A stretch of 33,982 nt of DNA, taken from the NCBI RefSeq assembly GCF_004010195.1, contig NW_025214836.1:18445-52426 (forward strand), written 5' to 3'. Numbering within the stretch: the stretch's first letter is position 1; the number at the start of each line of letters is the position of its first letter. Source of the DNA: Chiloscyllium plagiosum. Lineage: Eukaryota. The notes under the pieces were generated by a model that ran no database searches, was not told where the DNA came from, and worked only from the letters and a program-made list of their open reading frames with translations. Positions 11,393 through 21,300 of the stretch are shown piece after piece. The translations under genes were made by a program, and so were the position numbers.

Positions 11393-11619
11393 CGCTATCA
11401 CCGCCCTTCCATCCAGATCTCCATCCAAACTTCCAGTCTTGCAGTGGACCTTCCAAATCTCTCATCCATTAAGCAACCATCCATCACATCTAGCATTTCA
11501 GTCTTCTGCCTAATTCACCTTCCACAGGCCCCTCAACCCAACCACCAATTATTTAATGAAGTCACATTGCGATACCCGCCAAATGGTTCACTCAATTTAT
11601 TCAACGCTTTGAAGGACAA

Positions 11620-12040
11620 CGCTCAACAGCATTCGAGAAACTCTACACCATCCAGGGACAAAGCAGCACCCCGCTCGCTGGATTGGCCCCACATCACCTC
11701 CCTCCCCCACCGACGCTCAGTGACATCAGTGTGTACCATCTGCAGAAATTCACCAACAGATCCTCGGGCAGCTCCTTCCAAACACCACAGGCACTTCCAT
11801 CTGGAAGGTCAAGGGCAGCAGATACAAGGGAACGCAACCCCCTTGCAAGTTCCCCTCACCCCTTCCTTCACTGTCGCTGGGTAAAATTCCTGGACTCTCA
11901 TCCCTCAGGGACATTGTGGGACTGCAGTGGCTCAAGAAGGCAGCTCACCCCCACCTTCTGAAGGGTAACTAGGGACGGGGCAATAAATGCTAGCCCAGCC
12001 AGCCACACCCACATCCCACAAACGAATGAATATTAAAAAT
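11620..12040 (+). mobile_element. 3' end of a second, older LINE family (CR1/L2 group, Zenon-like C-terminus), decayed
   Basis: DKAA...SLPHRRSVTSVCTI peptide remnant, AATAAA at ~11982 and an A-rich end; homologous to 17040-17490. Confidence 0.75.
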
Positions 12041-12057
12041 TATTACCAATCAGTAAA

Positions 12058-12600
12058 TGACATGCTTAATGGTAAGGTCCTAGGGAGTTGCTGAACAAAG
12101 AGGCCTTGGAGTGCAGGTTCATAGCTCTTTGAAAGTGGAGTCGCAGAAGGTGTTTGGTATGCTTTCCTTTATTGGTCAGAGTATTGAGTACAGGGGTTGG
12201 GAGGTCATGTTGTGGCTGTACAGGACATTGGTTAGGCCACTGTTAGAATATTGCGTGCAATTCTGGTCTCCTTCCTATCGGAAAGATGTTGTGAAACTTG
12301 AAAGGGTTCAGAAAAGATCTACNNNNNNNNNNNNNNNNNNNNNNNNNNNNNNNNNNNNNNNNNNNNNNNNNNNNNNNNNNNNNNNNNNNNNNNNNNNNNN
12401 NNNNNNNATGAGCTGCCAGAGGAAGTGGTGGAGGCTGGTACAATTGAAACATTTAAGAGGCATCTGGATGGGTGTATGACTAGGAAGGGTTTGGAGGGAT
12501 ATGGGCTGGGTGCTGGCAGGTGGGACTAGATTGGGTTGGGATATCTGGTCAGCATGGACGGGTTGGACCGAAGGGTCTATTTCCGTGCTGTACATCGCTA
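12058..12600 (+). mobile_element. CR1 3' fragment spanning an 85-N gap (12323-12407)
   Basis: YRTLVRPLLEYCVQFWSP...LERVQKR before the gap; CR1 3' UTR (GGACCGAAGGGTCTATTTCCGTGCTGTAC) after it. Confidence 0.92.
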
Positions 12601-12894
12601 AGCCTGTGTGCTTATTGCTCTAACTTGACATTCATCTTCTTCAGCAAAATGTCATTCATTCAACTATTGTCCATTCATCCATCCTTTTCGTCATTAAACT
12701 GACCATTCGTTCAACCATTCGCTTCCAACCTCCAATCAAAACGATCTATCCAATCACCTTTTTATCTGTTGACCCATTCATGATGTATCCCATCATGCCT
12801 TGAATCAATAACCAATCCACACAAACCTCTCATTTTCAAGTATTTTTTTCCATCCGTTCTATTCTCAATCTACAAACCTGATACAAGTTTTATT

Positions 12895-13693
12895 GGCGTT
12901 GCTGAGGTTTCTTGTGGGTTACTGTGTCTACTTCTGGGCGCCCTGTTACAGGATGGATATTATCAGGCTGGAGAAAGTTCCGGTGAGATTTACCAGGATG
13001 TTGCTGGCTATGGAAGCTTTGAGTTATAAAGAAAGGCTGGGATAGGCTCGGACTTCATTTCCATTGGAGCACAGCAGGTCCAGAGGCAACATTTCAGAGG
13101 TTTATAACATCATGAGGGCTACAGATAGAGTTAATGGTCGATGTCTTTTCCCTAGAATGGGGGAAGTTCAAGATCAGGTAGCTAGGTGAGAGGAGAGAGA
13201 TTTTAAAAAGACTTGAGGGGCAATTTTCTTTTGTACAGTGGGTAGTTTGCATGTGGAATGAGTGGAGTATTTAGAAAATTTACAGAGTGGCCCTTCAACC
13301 CAACAAGTCTCCAAAGAGTAACCCACCCAGACCCATTCCCCCTCCTACTCTGCATTTACCCCTGACTAATGCACCCTAGCCTACACCACCCTGAACAATT
13401 CACCTGACCCACACATCTTTGGATTGTGGGAGGAAGCTGGTGCACAGCTACACAGACACAGAGAGAACGTGCAAACTCCCTGTAACAGACAATCACCTGA
13501 GGCAGGAATCGGACCTGGGTTCCTGGCACCAGTGCTAACCACTGAGCCACCAATGTGATTGCAGTTGCAAAGTTTAAAAGACACTTAGGTATGTACATGA
13601 ATAGAAAAGGTGTGGAGGGAGAGGAGCGGGCGGGTGGGACTTGTTTATAATGCGATTATGGTTAGTTGGGTCTGTTTCCATGCTTATGACTCT
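12895..13693 (+). mobile_element. Older CR1 3' fragment interrupted by a SINE
   Basis: GATTTACCAGGATGTTG...GCATGTGGAATGAG up to ~13262; resumes at ~13557 and ends CTGTTTCCATGCTTATGACTCTA. Confidence 0.8.
13272..13553 (-). mobile_element. HE1-like V-SINE
   Basis: Minus strand reads GGTGGCTCAGTGGTTAGCACTG, B-box-like GGTCCGATTCC, GGAGTTTGCACGTTCTC V-domain, then tail. Confidence 0.88.
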
Positions 13694-13829
13694 ATTGACT
13701 TCTGTTGAACTTCAACTGTATCCGAATCTAGCATGAACTCCCGAGTCCATCCATAACAATGGTCAGTCATCTCCATGTCCAACTCTTCCTCCATTGATTT
13801 GTATCTCCACACAAACTGCTTAGGAATTG

Positions 13830-13926
13830 ACCGACAGGTTTAGACAGAGGGTTTAGATCGGCTGAGGCTTGGAGGGCCGAAGGGCCTGTCACTGGGCTGT
13901 ACGTTTTCTTTGTTCTTTGTTGTTCT
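13830..13926 (+). mobile_element. Very short CR1-type 3' tail ending in (TCTTTGT)n
   Basis: GGGCCGAAGGGCCTG stem-loop followed by TTCTTTGTTCTTTGTTGTTCT. Confidence 0.65.
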
Positions 13927-14317
13927 CCCATTCCCACCCACCCAACACCGACATCCGCCCAACCCACTGAGCCAAGCCTTAGAGGAACAAGCCACCTCCC
14001 TGTCCACCAAAGTGAGTTATTGGAAATAGTGCCAGATGGACAACAGCCTGTCGGTCAGAATGTCCACCTGGCGTGTTAGATGGATGTGTGAATGAATGAA
14101 AGGACATTTGGATTGAAGACTGAGGAGAGAAGGGAGAAGTGGATGCATGGACGGGTTAAATGGTCAACGGAATGGTTAGATACCGAGTTACCGATAAATC
14201 TCAGTGGAGAAGTGTGTCGGTGAATTCTTGGCCAAGTCAGTGAAAGATATGCCCTCTGATTGGTTGGGTGTTTGGAAGTGTATCTCACAGCAAGTTGTTG
14301 GAAATATGGAGAACTTT

Positions 14318-14503
14318 GAATCGTTGAATCATAGATACACACAGCACGGAAGCAGACCCTTCGGCCCAACCGGTCCATGCCAACCAGGTATCCCAACCCA
14401 ATCTAGTCCCATCTGTCAGCACTTGGCCCATGTCCTCCTAAACCCTTCCTATTCATATACCCATCCAGATGCCTTTTAAATATCATCATTGTACCAGCCT
14501 CCA
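14318..14503 (-). mobile_element. CR1 3' tail fragment
   Basis: Diverged homologue of 14506-14690. Confidence 0.85.
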
Positions 14504-14505
14504 AT

Positions 14506-15121
14506 ATAGAGTCATAGAGATGTACAGCACGGAAACAGACCCTTCGGTCCAACCCGTCCATGCCGACCAGATATCCCAACCCAATCTAGTCCCACCTGCC
14601 AGCACCCGGCCCATATCCCTCCAAACCCTTCCTATTCATATACCCATCCGAATGCCTCTTAAATGTTGCAATTGTATCAGCCTCCACCACACCCTCTGGC
14701 AGCTCATTCCATACACATACCACCCTCTGTGTGAAAAGGTTGCCCCTTAGGTCTCTTTTATATCTTTTCCCTCTCACCCTAAACCTATGCCCCTCTAGTT
14801 CTGGACTCCCCGACCCCAGGGAAAAGACTTTGTCTATTTACCCTATCCATGCCCCTCATGATTTTGTAAACCTGTATAAGGTCACCCCTCAGCCTCCGAC
14901 GCTCCAGGGAAAACAGCCCCAACCTGTTCAGCCTCTCCCTGTAGCTCAAACCCTCCAACATCCTTGTAAATCTTTTCTGGACCCTTTCAAGTTTCACAAC
15001 ATCCTTCCTATAGCAGGGAGATCAGAATTGCACGCAATATTCCATCAGTGGCCTAACCAATGTCCTGTACAGCCGTAACATGACCTCCCAACTCCTGCAC
15101 TTAACACACTGACCAATAAAG
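14506..15121 (-). mobile_element. CR1 3' fragment (ORF2 C-terminus and 3' UTR), relatively young
   Basis: LERVQKRFTRML...RGDLIQVYKIM and FTQRVVCVWNELP; (CTCTATGA) tail at 14506-14520. Confidence 0.93.
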
Positions 15122-15724
15122 GTCAGTGGCACTATCTCTCATGGCCTGGCAATTTGAGCAGAGCAGCAGAGTGTCCTGTCTGTCCCTCAGTCACCACCTC
15201 CAGAAGCAGATATGAGCAGAAAAAACAAAAATAATGTCAGGGCTCTGTCTGAAATATGAAATATTAGCTCTGACCCCCAGTCCCCACAACTGCTCCAGTC
15301 CTGAAGAGCATAAATCAGCAATTTCTGCCTGATATTCAGATTTCCAATTCTGAACCATTCTCCCCTCCCTACGTGATACCTCACCCTGACTGCACTGAAA
15401 CAGTGCGGATTGTGGGAGCTTACTGTGCACGATTCATAAGCTGAGGAACATCTCAATCGCAATGAAACACTTTGAAAAGCACCGTATCAGTACAAATCTC
15501 TCTTCCTTTCTGGGAATTAAACCTTTGAAGGTTCACTCTGTCTCCTCGGAACAAACTTGGGCCAAATAAACTGAAGAACGTTGCTTTGGAAAGGGAAGCA
15601 TGAAGCATTCCTGGGGTGAGGAGTTGGTGAATGTAGTAGGCCCGAAGTGAACATGAGGGCAGTCCGATCTCTCTCAGCTGAGCTTTAAAAGTTCATTTTT
15701 TCGATTTTATTAAACAAATAGACT

Positions 15725-16020
15725 TTACGCAGTCGGACTGTTGTGTCGATTTACACTCAGATACTGTTTTTGATATAGATTTTCAGTCAAATCTGTCCAT
15801 ATTTTACTGTATACTACAGCACTTGGCCTTTTTCTCTGTGAAAGTTGTTTTTGCTCTTTGCTGTTCAGAGCATGAGGCGATGCACTCCCAGGTGGCATTG
15901 CCTCTCTCTCGGGTTCCCACTGACTGCTGTCAACAACTTTCTCCGCCTGCCAGATGGGTCCCTCGCAGTTCCCGCTGACGCAAACCTCGTCAGGATCACC
16001 TCGAGTGGAACAAATCGGGC
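15725..16020 (-). CDS. Candidate terminal coding exon (phase 1), 97 full codons, with an ITIM-like VVYSKI motif
   Basis: Acceptor GGTTAACTCCCGTTCCCAG ends at 16021. Open frame PICSTRGD...RPSAVVYSKIWTDLTENLYQKQYLSVNRHNSPTA to TAA (15727-15725). AATAAA at 15711-15706. Lies in the longest non-repeat island. No homology recognised. Confidence 0.4.
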
Positions 16021-16089
16021 CTGGGAACGGGAGTTAACCAGCTAAAGGCCACAGCGCTGCCACTTTCACAGCGTGGGAATGATTTCCAA

Positions 16090-16260
16090 TGTCCACAATC
16101 ACTCAGCACTGCCCTGGGGTGGTGACTCTCCAACTGCTCCCCTCCCCCACTGCTACCATCCAGAAGGACAAGGGCAGAAGGTATGGGAGGGGGGAGGGAA
16201 CACCAGCCCCTGTACCTTCCCCTCCAAACCCCGTCCCCATTCATTGGGAATATGTCACTG
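16090..16260 (+). mobile_element. Decayed fragment of the second LINE family
   Basis: CCATCCAGAAGGACAAGGGCAG...GGGAACACCA...TTCCCCTCC resembles 11797-11860 and 17215-17300. Confidence 0.6.
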
Positions 16261-16377
16261 ATCCTCCAGTGGAACAGCCTGGGGCCTAACCCAGAGCATC
16301 CTGGTCAGCACTCAGTCTCTGTCCGTCTCAACACCACCGTGTTATTGAAACGCAGACTCTCCCCATCCTGACTCTAC

Positions 16378-16472
16378 CCCTGATGATGGGCCTTTGCCCG
16401 AAACGTTGATTTTCCTGCTCCTCGGATGCTGCCTTGACCTGCTGTGCTTTTCCAGCACCACTCTAATCTAGA
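16378..16472 (+). mobile_element. Penelope-like terminal-repeat remnant carrying a minimal hammerhead ribozyme core
   Basis: CTGATGA-T-GGGC-CTTT-GCCC-GAAA-CG-TT at 16380-16407, followed by GGATGCTGCCTTGACCTGCTGTGCTTTTCCAGCA. The family call is from memory. Confidence 0.6.
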
Positions 16473-16559
16473 TCCCAATATTAATACCCAGGGGATATCC
16501 ATCAATACACGATTCCCACGTTAGGGACACAAGTGTTATTCGCCACAGTACTCACCCAC

Positions 16560-16590
16560 CCTTCATATCCAGATTATAACCAGCGGTATG
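16560..16590 (-). CDS. Candidate 31-nt mini-exon (HTAGYNLDMK+G); alternative donor gives 35 nt
   Basis: Acceptor TTAATCTCTCCATCAG ends at 16591. Donors are AGG|GTGGGT (GT at 16559) or TGG|GTGAGT (GT at 16555). Only phase 0 is open. Confidence 0.3.
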
Positions 16591-16806
16591 CTGATGGAGA
16601 GATTAACGCATCGCGCATCACAATATACCTAGACCCTCTGTATCTCAACGCACATTCTTCTTAACAATGAGGCCGATCTGTCGACGAATGACCCCCCCAA
16701 TAATACCGAGATCCTGTACTTTCCATTACTATTCCCTGTTCATGCCTGAACCGAACTCTCGGATTCCCCCAAAACAGAGCATTCAGTGACAGTGAGGGTT
16801 AATCTA

Positions 16807-17492
16807 ATCACCGCCCCTTGACATTCAATGGTGTCACCCTCAACGATGACCAACATCCTTGGGGGTTCCCATTGACCAGAAACTCAACTGGACTGACCAC
16901 ATAAACACAAGAGCAGGTCAGAGGCTGGGAATCCTGCGGAGAGTAACTCCCCTCCTGACTCCCCCAAAGCCTGTCCCACCATCTGCAAGGCACAAGGCAG
17001 GAGGGTGAGGGAATAGTCCCCTGGATGGGGGCAGCTCCAACAACACTATCCAGGGACAAAGCGTCCCCCACTTGATTGGCAGCATGTCCGCAAGCATCCC
17101 CTCGCTCCCTCCCCGCACTGATGCTTAGTAGCAGCAGGGTGGACCAGCTACAAGACGCACTGCGGGAATTCACCAAAGATCCTCAGACAGCGCCTTCCAA
17201 CCCCACGACCACTTCCATCTGGAAGGAGCAGGCCAGCAGATACATGGGGGACACCAACCTCCCTGCAAGTTCCCCTCCGAGCCCCTCACTTGGAAATCTA
17301 TCGCCGTTCCTTCCGAGGTCAGAATCCTGGAGTTCCCTCCCTCAGGGACATTGCGGGTCTGCCCTGCAGCGCGTGGACTGCAGCAGTTCAAGAAGGCAGC
17401 TCAACCCCGACTTCTCAAGGGGGGCAACTAGGGATGGGGGCAATAACTGGTGGGCCCAGCCAATGATGCTAATGTCCCACAAAACAATGAAG
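16807..17492 (+). mobile_element. 3' region of the second, older LINE family
   Basis: Decayed TI-KAQ-R...AAPTTL..QDKA ORF remnant; 3' end shared with 11620-12040 (TCAAGAAGGCAGCTCA...AACTAGGGA.GGGG.CAATAA). Confidence 0.78.
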
Positions 17493-17717
17493 GACTCACC
17501 ACCTCCCCCAAAAGGAATAGCCTAGGATTCTGGATTGCTAGTCTAGAGACACTACCACTGCTTAACTGTCCCATTAATATCCCAGATGCTATCTATGTGC
17601 ATGTTAGCGGCTATACTAATGCAGACCTTCTTCACTAGTTCGTTCACAATAGCAAGGCATGGAGAGCTCTTCACTGCTTCTTAACGTCGAGGTCACAACC
17701 ACGTATATGACCGCTAC

Positions 17718-17753
17718 CTTTGGATGGAAACTTTTCATTTGTTGTTCAAGTAT
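17718..17753 (-). CDS. Candidate 36-nt mini-exon (ILEQQMKSFHPK), phase 0/0
   Basis: Acceptor GCTGACCACCCAG ends at 17754; donor AAG|GTAGCG. Only phase 0 is open. Confidence 0.27.
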
Positions 17754-17812
17754 CTGGGTGGTCAGCGTTCAGGGCCAGGGGAGATTGATAGTGGATATTT
17801 TTCAGCTCTTTG

Positions 17813-18197
17813 CTGGGTTGGAGGGTTTGAGCTACTGAGAGAGGCTGAACAGGCTGGGGCTGTTTTCCCTGGAGTGTCGGAGGCTGAGGGGTGACCTTAT
17901 AGAGGTTTACAAAGTCACGAGGGGCGTGGATAGGGTATATAGTCATTTTCCTTGGTGGGATAGTCCAGACCAAGAGGGGCATAAGTTCAGGGTGAGAGGG
18001 GAAAAGGACCTAAGGGGCAACTTTTTCACGCAGAGGGTGGGATGTGTGTGGAATGAGTTGCCAGAGGATGTGGTGGAGGCTGGTACAATTACAACATTTA
18101 AGAGGCATCTGGATTGGAAGATTGTGCAGGGATATGGGCCAAGTCAGCATGGATGAGTTGGACTGAAGGGTCTTTTTCTGTGCTGTGCAACTCAATG
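17813..18197 (+). mobile_element. CR1 3' fragment with internal deletions
   Basis: GNFFTQRVGCVWNELPEDVVEAGTITTFKRHLD and a CR1 tail. Confidence 0.9.
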
Positions 18198-18261
18198 AGC
18201 TGCTGTATCCAAGTTCTGAGGCAAATATATCAGTGCAAGGGGCAGATGTCCAAATGAGAGA

Positions 18262-18377
18262 TTAGAAGAGTCCCTGTAGTGCAGATGGAGACCATTCAGC
18301 CCAATGAGAATGAACTGACGCTCCAAACAGCATCCCATTAAGAACCAAAAACCCAACCTGATCCCTGCATTCCCCAC
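18262..18377 (-). mobile_element. 3' tail of the V-SINE that hosts the large array
   Basis: Minus strand reads GGGATGCTGTTTGGAGCGTCAGT...TTGGGCTGAATGGTCTCCATCTGCACTACAGGGACTCT, homologous to 33519-33580. Confidence 0.8.
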
Positions 18378-21300
18378 GACCAATCCGCCCTAATCTGTAC
18401 ATCCCTGGGCACTATGGGACAATTTAGCACGGCCAATCCACCCGAACCTGAACAACCCTGGGCACTATGGGACAATTTAGCATGGCCAATCCACCCTAAC
18501 CTGCACATCCCTGGGCACTATGGGACAATTTAGCATGGCCAATCCACCCTAACCTGCACATCCCTGGGCACTATGGGACAATTTAGCATGGCCAATCCAC
18601 CCTAACCTGCACATCCCTGGGCACTATGGGACAATTTAGCATGGCCAATCCACCCTAACCTGCACATCCCTGGGCACTATGGGACAATTTAGCATGGCCA
18701 ATCCACCCTAACCTGCACATCCCTGGGCACTATGGGACAATTTAGCATGGCCAATCCACCCTAACCTGCACATCCCTGGGCACTATGGGACAATTTAGCA
18801 TGGCCAATCCACCCTAACCTGCACATCCCTGGGCACTATGGGACAATTTAGCATGGCCAATCCACCCTAACCTGCACATCCCTGGGCACTATGGGACAAT
18901 TTAGCATGGCCAATCCACCCTAACCTGCACATCCCTGGGCACTATGGGACAATTTAGCATGGCCAATCCACCCTAACCTGCACATCCCTGGGCACTATGG
19001 GACAATTTAGCATGGCCAATCCACCCTAACCTGCACATCCCTGGGCACTATGGGACAATTTAGCACAGCCAACCCACCCTAACCTGCACATCCCTGGACA
19101 CTACGGGACAATTTAGCATGGCCAACCCACCCTAACCTACACATCCCTGGGCACTACGGGACAATTTAGCATGGCCAACCCACCCTAACCTACACATCCC
19201 TGGGCACTACGGGACAATTTAGCATGGCCAACCCACCCTAACCTACACCCCCATGGCCAACACACCCTGACCTGCACATCCCTGGGCACTATGGGACAAT
19301 TCCCCACGGTCAACCCACCCGAACCAGCACATCCCAGGGCACTATGGGACAATTTAGCATGGCCAACCCACCATAGCCTGCCCATCCCTGGACACTATGG
19401 GACAATTCCCCACTGCCAACCCACCCTAACTCGCAAATCCCTGGGCACTATGGGACAATTTAGCATGGCCAATACACCCGAACCTGCACATCTCTGGGCA
19501 CTATGGGACAATTTAGCATGGCCAATCCAACCTAACCTGTATATCCCTGGGCAGGATGGGACAATTTAGCATGGCCAACCCACCCGAACCTGCAAATCCC
19601 TGGGCACTACGGGACAATTTAACATGGCCAATCCACCCTAACCTGCACATCCCTGGGCAGTACGGGACAATTTAGAACGGCCAATCCACCCGAACCTGCA
19701 CATCCCTGGGCACTATGGGACAATTTAGCATGGCCAATCCACCCTAATCTGCACATCCCTGGGCAGTACGGGACAATTTAGCATGGCCAATCCCACCCTA
19801 AAACGCACATCCCTGGGCATGATGGGACAATTTAGCATGGCCAATCCACCCGAACCTGCACATCCCTGGGCACTATGGGACAATTTACAATGGCCAATTC
19901 AACCTAACCTGTACATCCCTGGGCACTATGGGACAATTTAGCATGGCCAATCCACCCTAACCTGCACATCCCTGGGCACTATGGGACAATTTAGCATGGC
20001 CAATCCACCCTAACCTGCACATCTCTGGGCACTATGGGACAATTTAGCATGGCCAATCCACCCTAACCTGCACAACCCTGGACACTATGGGAGAATTTAG
20101 CATGGCCAATCCACCCTAACCTGCACATCCATGGGCACTATGGGACAAATACCCACGGCCAACCCACCCGAACCTGCACATCCCAGGGCAGTATGGGACA
20201 ATTTAGCATAGCCAACCCACCATAGCCTTTCCATCGCTGGGCACTATGGGACAATTTTGCATGGCCAATCCACACTAACCCGCACATCCCTGGGCATTCT
20301 GGGGCAATTCCCCACGGGCAACCCACGCTAACCTACACATCCCTGGGCATTATGGGACAATTTAGCATGGCCAATCCACCCTAACCAACACATCCCTGGG
20401 CACTATGGGACAAGTTAGCACGGCCAACCCACCATAGCCTTTCCATTGCTGGGCACTATGGGACAATTTTGCATGGCCAATCCACACTAACCCGCACATC
20501 CCTGGGCATTCTGGGACAATTGCCCACGGGCAACCCACGCTAACCTACACATCCCTGGGCATTATGGGACAATTTAGCATCGCAAATCCACCCTAACCAA
20601 CACATCCCTGGGCACTATGGGACAATTTAGCATGGCCAATCCACCCTAACCTACACATACCTGGGCACTATGGGACAAGTTAACACGGCCAACCCACCCT
20701 AACCTGCACATCCCTTGGCACTATGGGACAATTTAGCGTGGCCAATCCACCCTAACCTACACATCCCTGGGCACTATGGGACAATTTAGCATGGCAAATC
20801 CACACTAACCCGCACATCCCTGGTCACTCTGGGACATTATTGCATGGTCAATCCATCCTAACCTACACATCCCTGGACACGATAAGACAATTTAGCATGG
20901 CCAACCTACCCTAACCTGCACATCCATGGGCACTAAGGGACAATTTAGCACGGTCAATCCCTCCTAAACTGCACATCACTGGGCACAATGGGACAATTCC
21001 CCATGACCAACACACCCGAACCTGCACATCCCAGCGCACTATGGGACAATTTAGCATGGCCAACCCACCATAGCCTGCCCATCCCTGGGCATTATGGGAC
21101 AATTCCCCACTGCCAACCCACCCTAACTCGCACATCACTGGGCAATATGGGACAATTTAGTATCGCCAATCCACCCTAACCTGCACATCCCTGGGCACTA
21201 TGGACAATTCCCCACGGCCAACCCATCCTAACCCGCACATCCCTGGGCACTATGGGACACTTTCCCACGGCCAACCCACCATAACCTGCACATCCCTGGG

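Noticed and set aside
11051..11884. 277-aa plus-strand ORF
   Set aside because: It runs across antisense CR1 tail, antisense ORF1, low-complexity DNA and another LINE fragment, with no coherent domain.
12600..12890. CCAT/TCCA-rich tracts (also 11395-11600 and the complement at 14075-14200)
   Set aside because: Degenerate simple-sequence DNA with no definable period or structure.
15845..16045. Plus-strand 66-aa ORF after a pyrimidine tract and CAG
   Set aside because: It has no recognisable motif or partner exons. The pyrimidine tract is explained as the complement of the K/Q/E-rich codons of the longer minus-strand frame.
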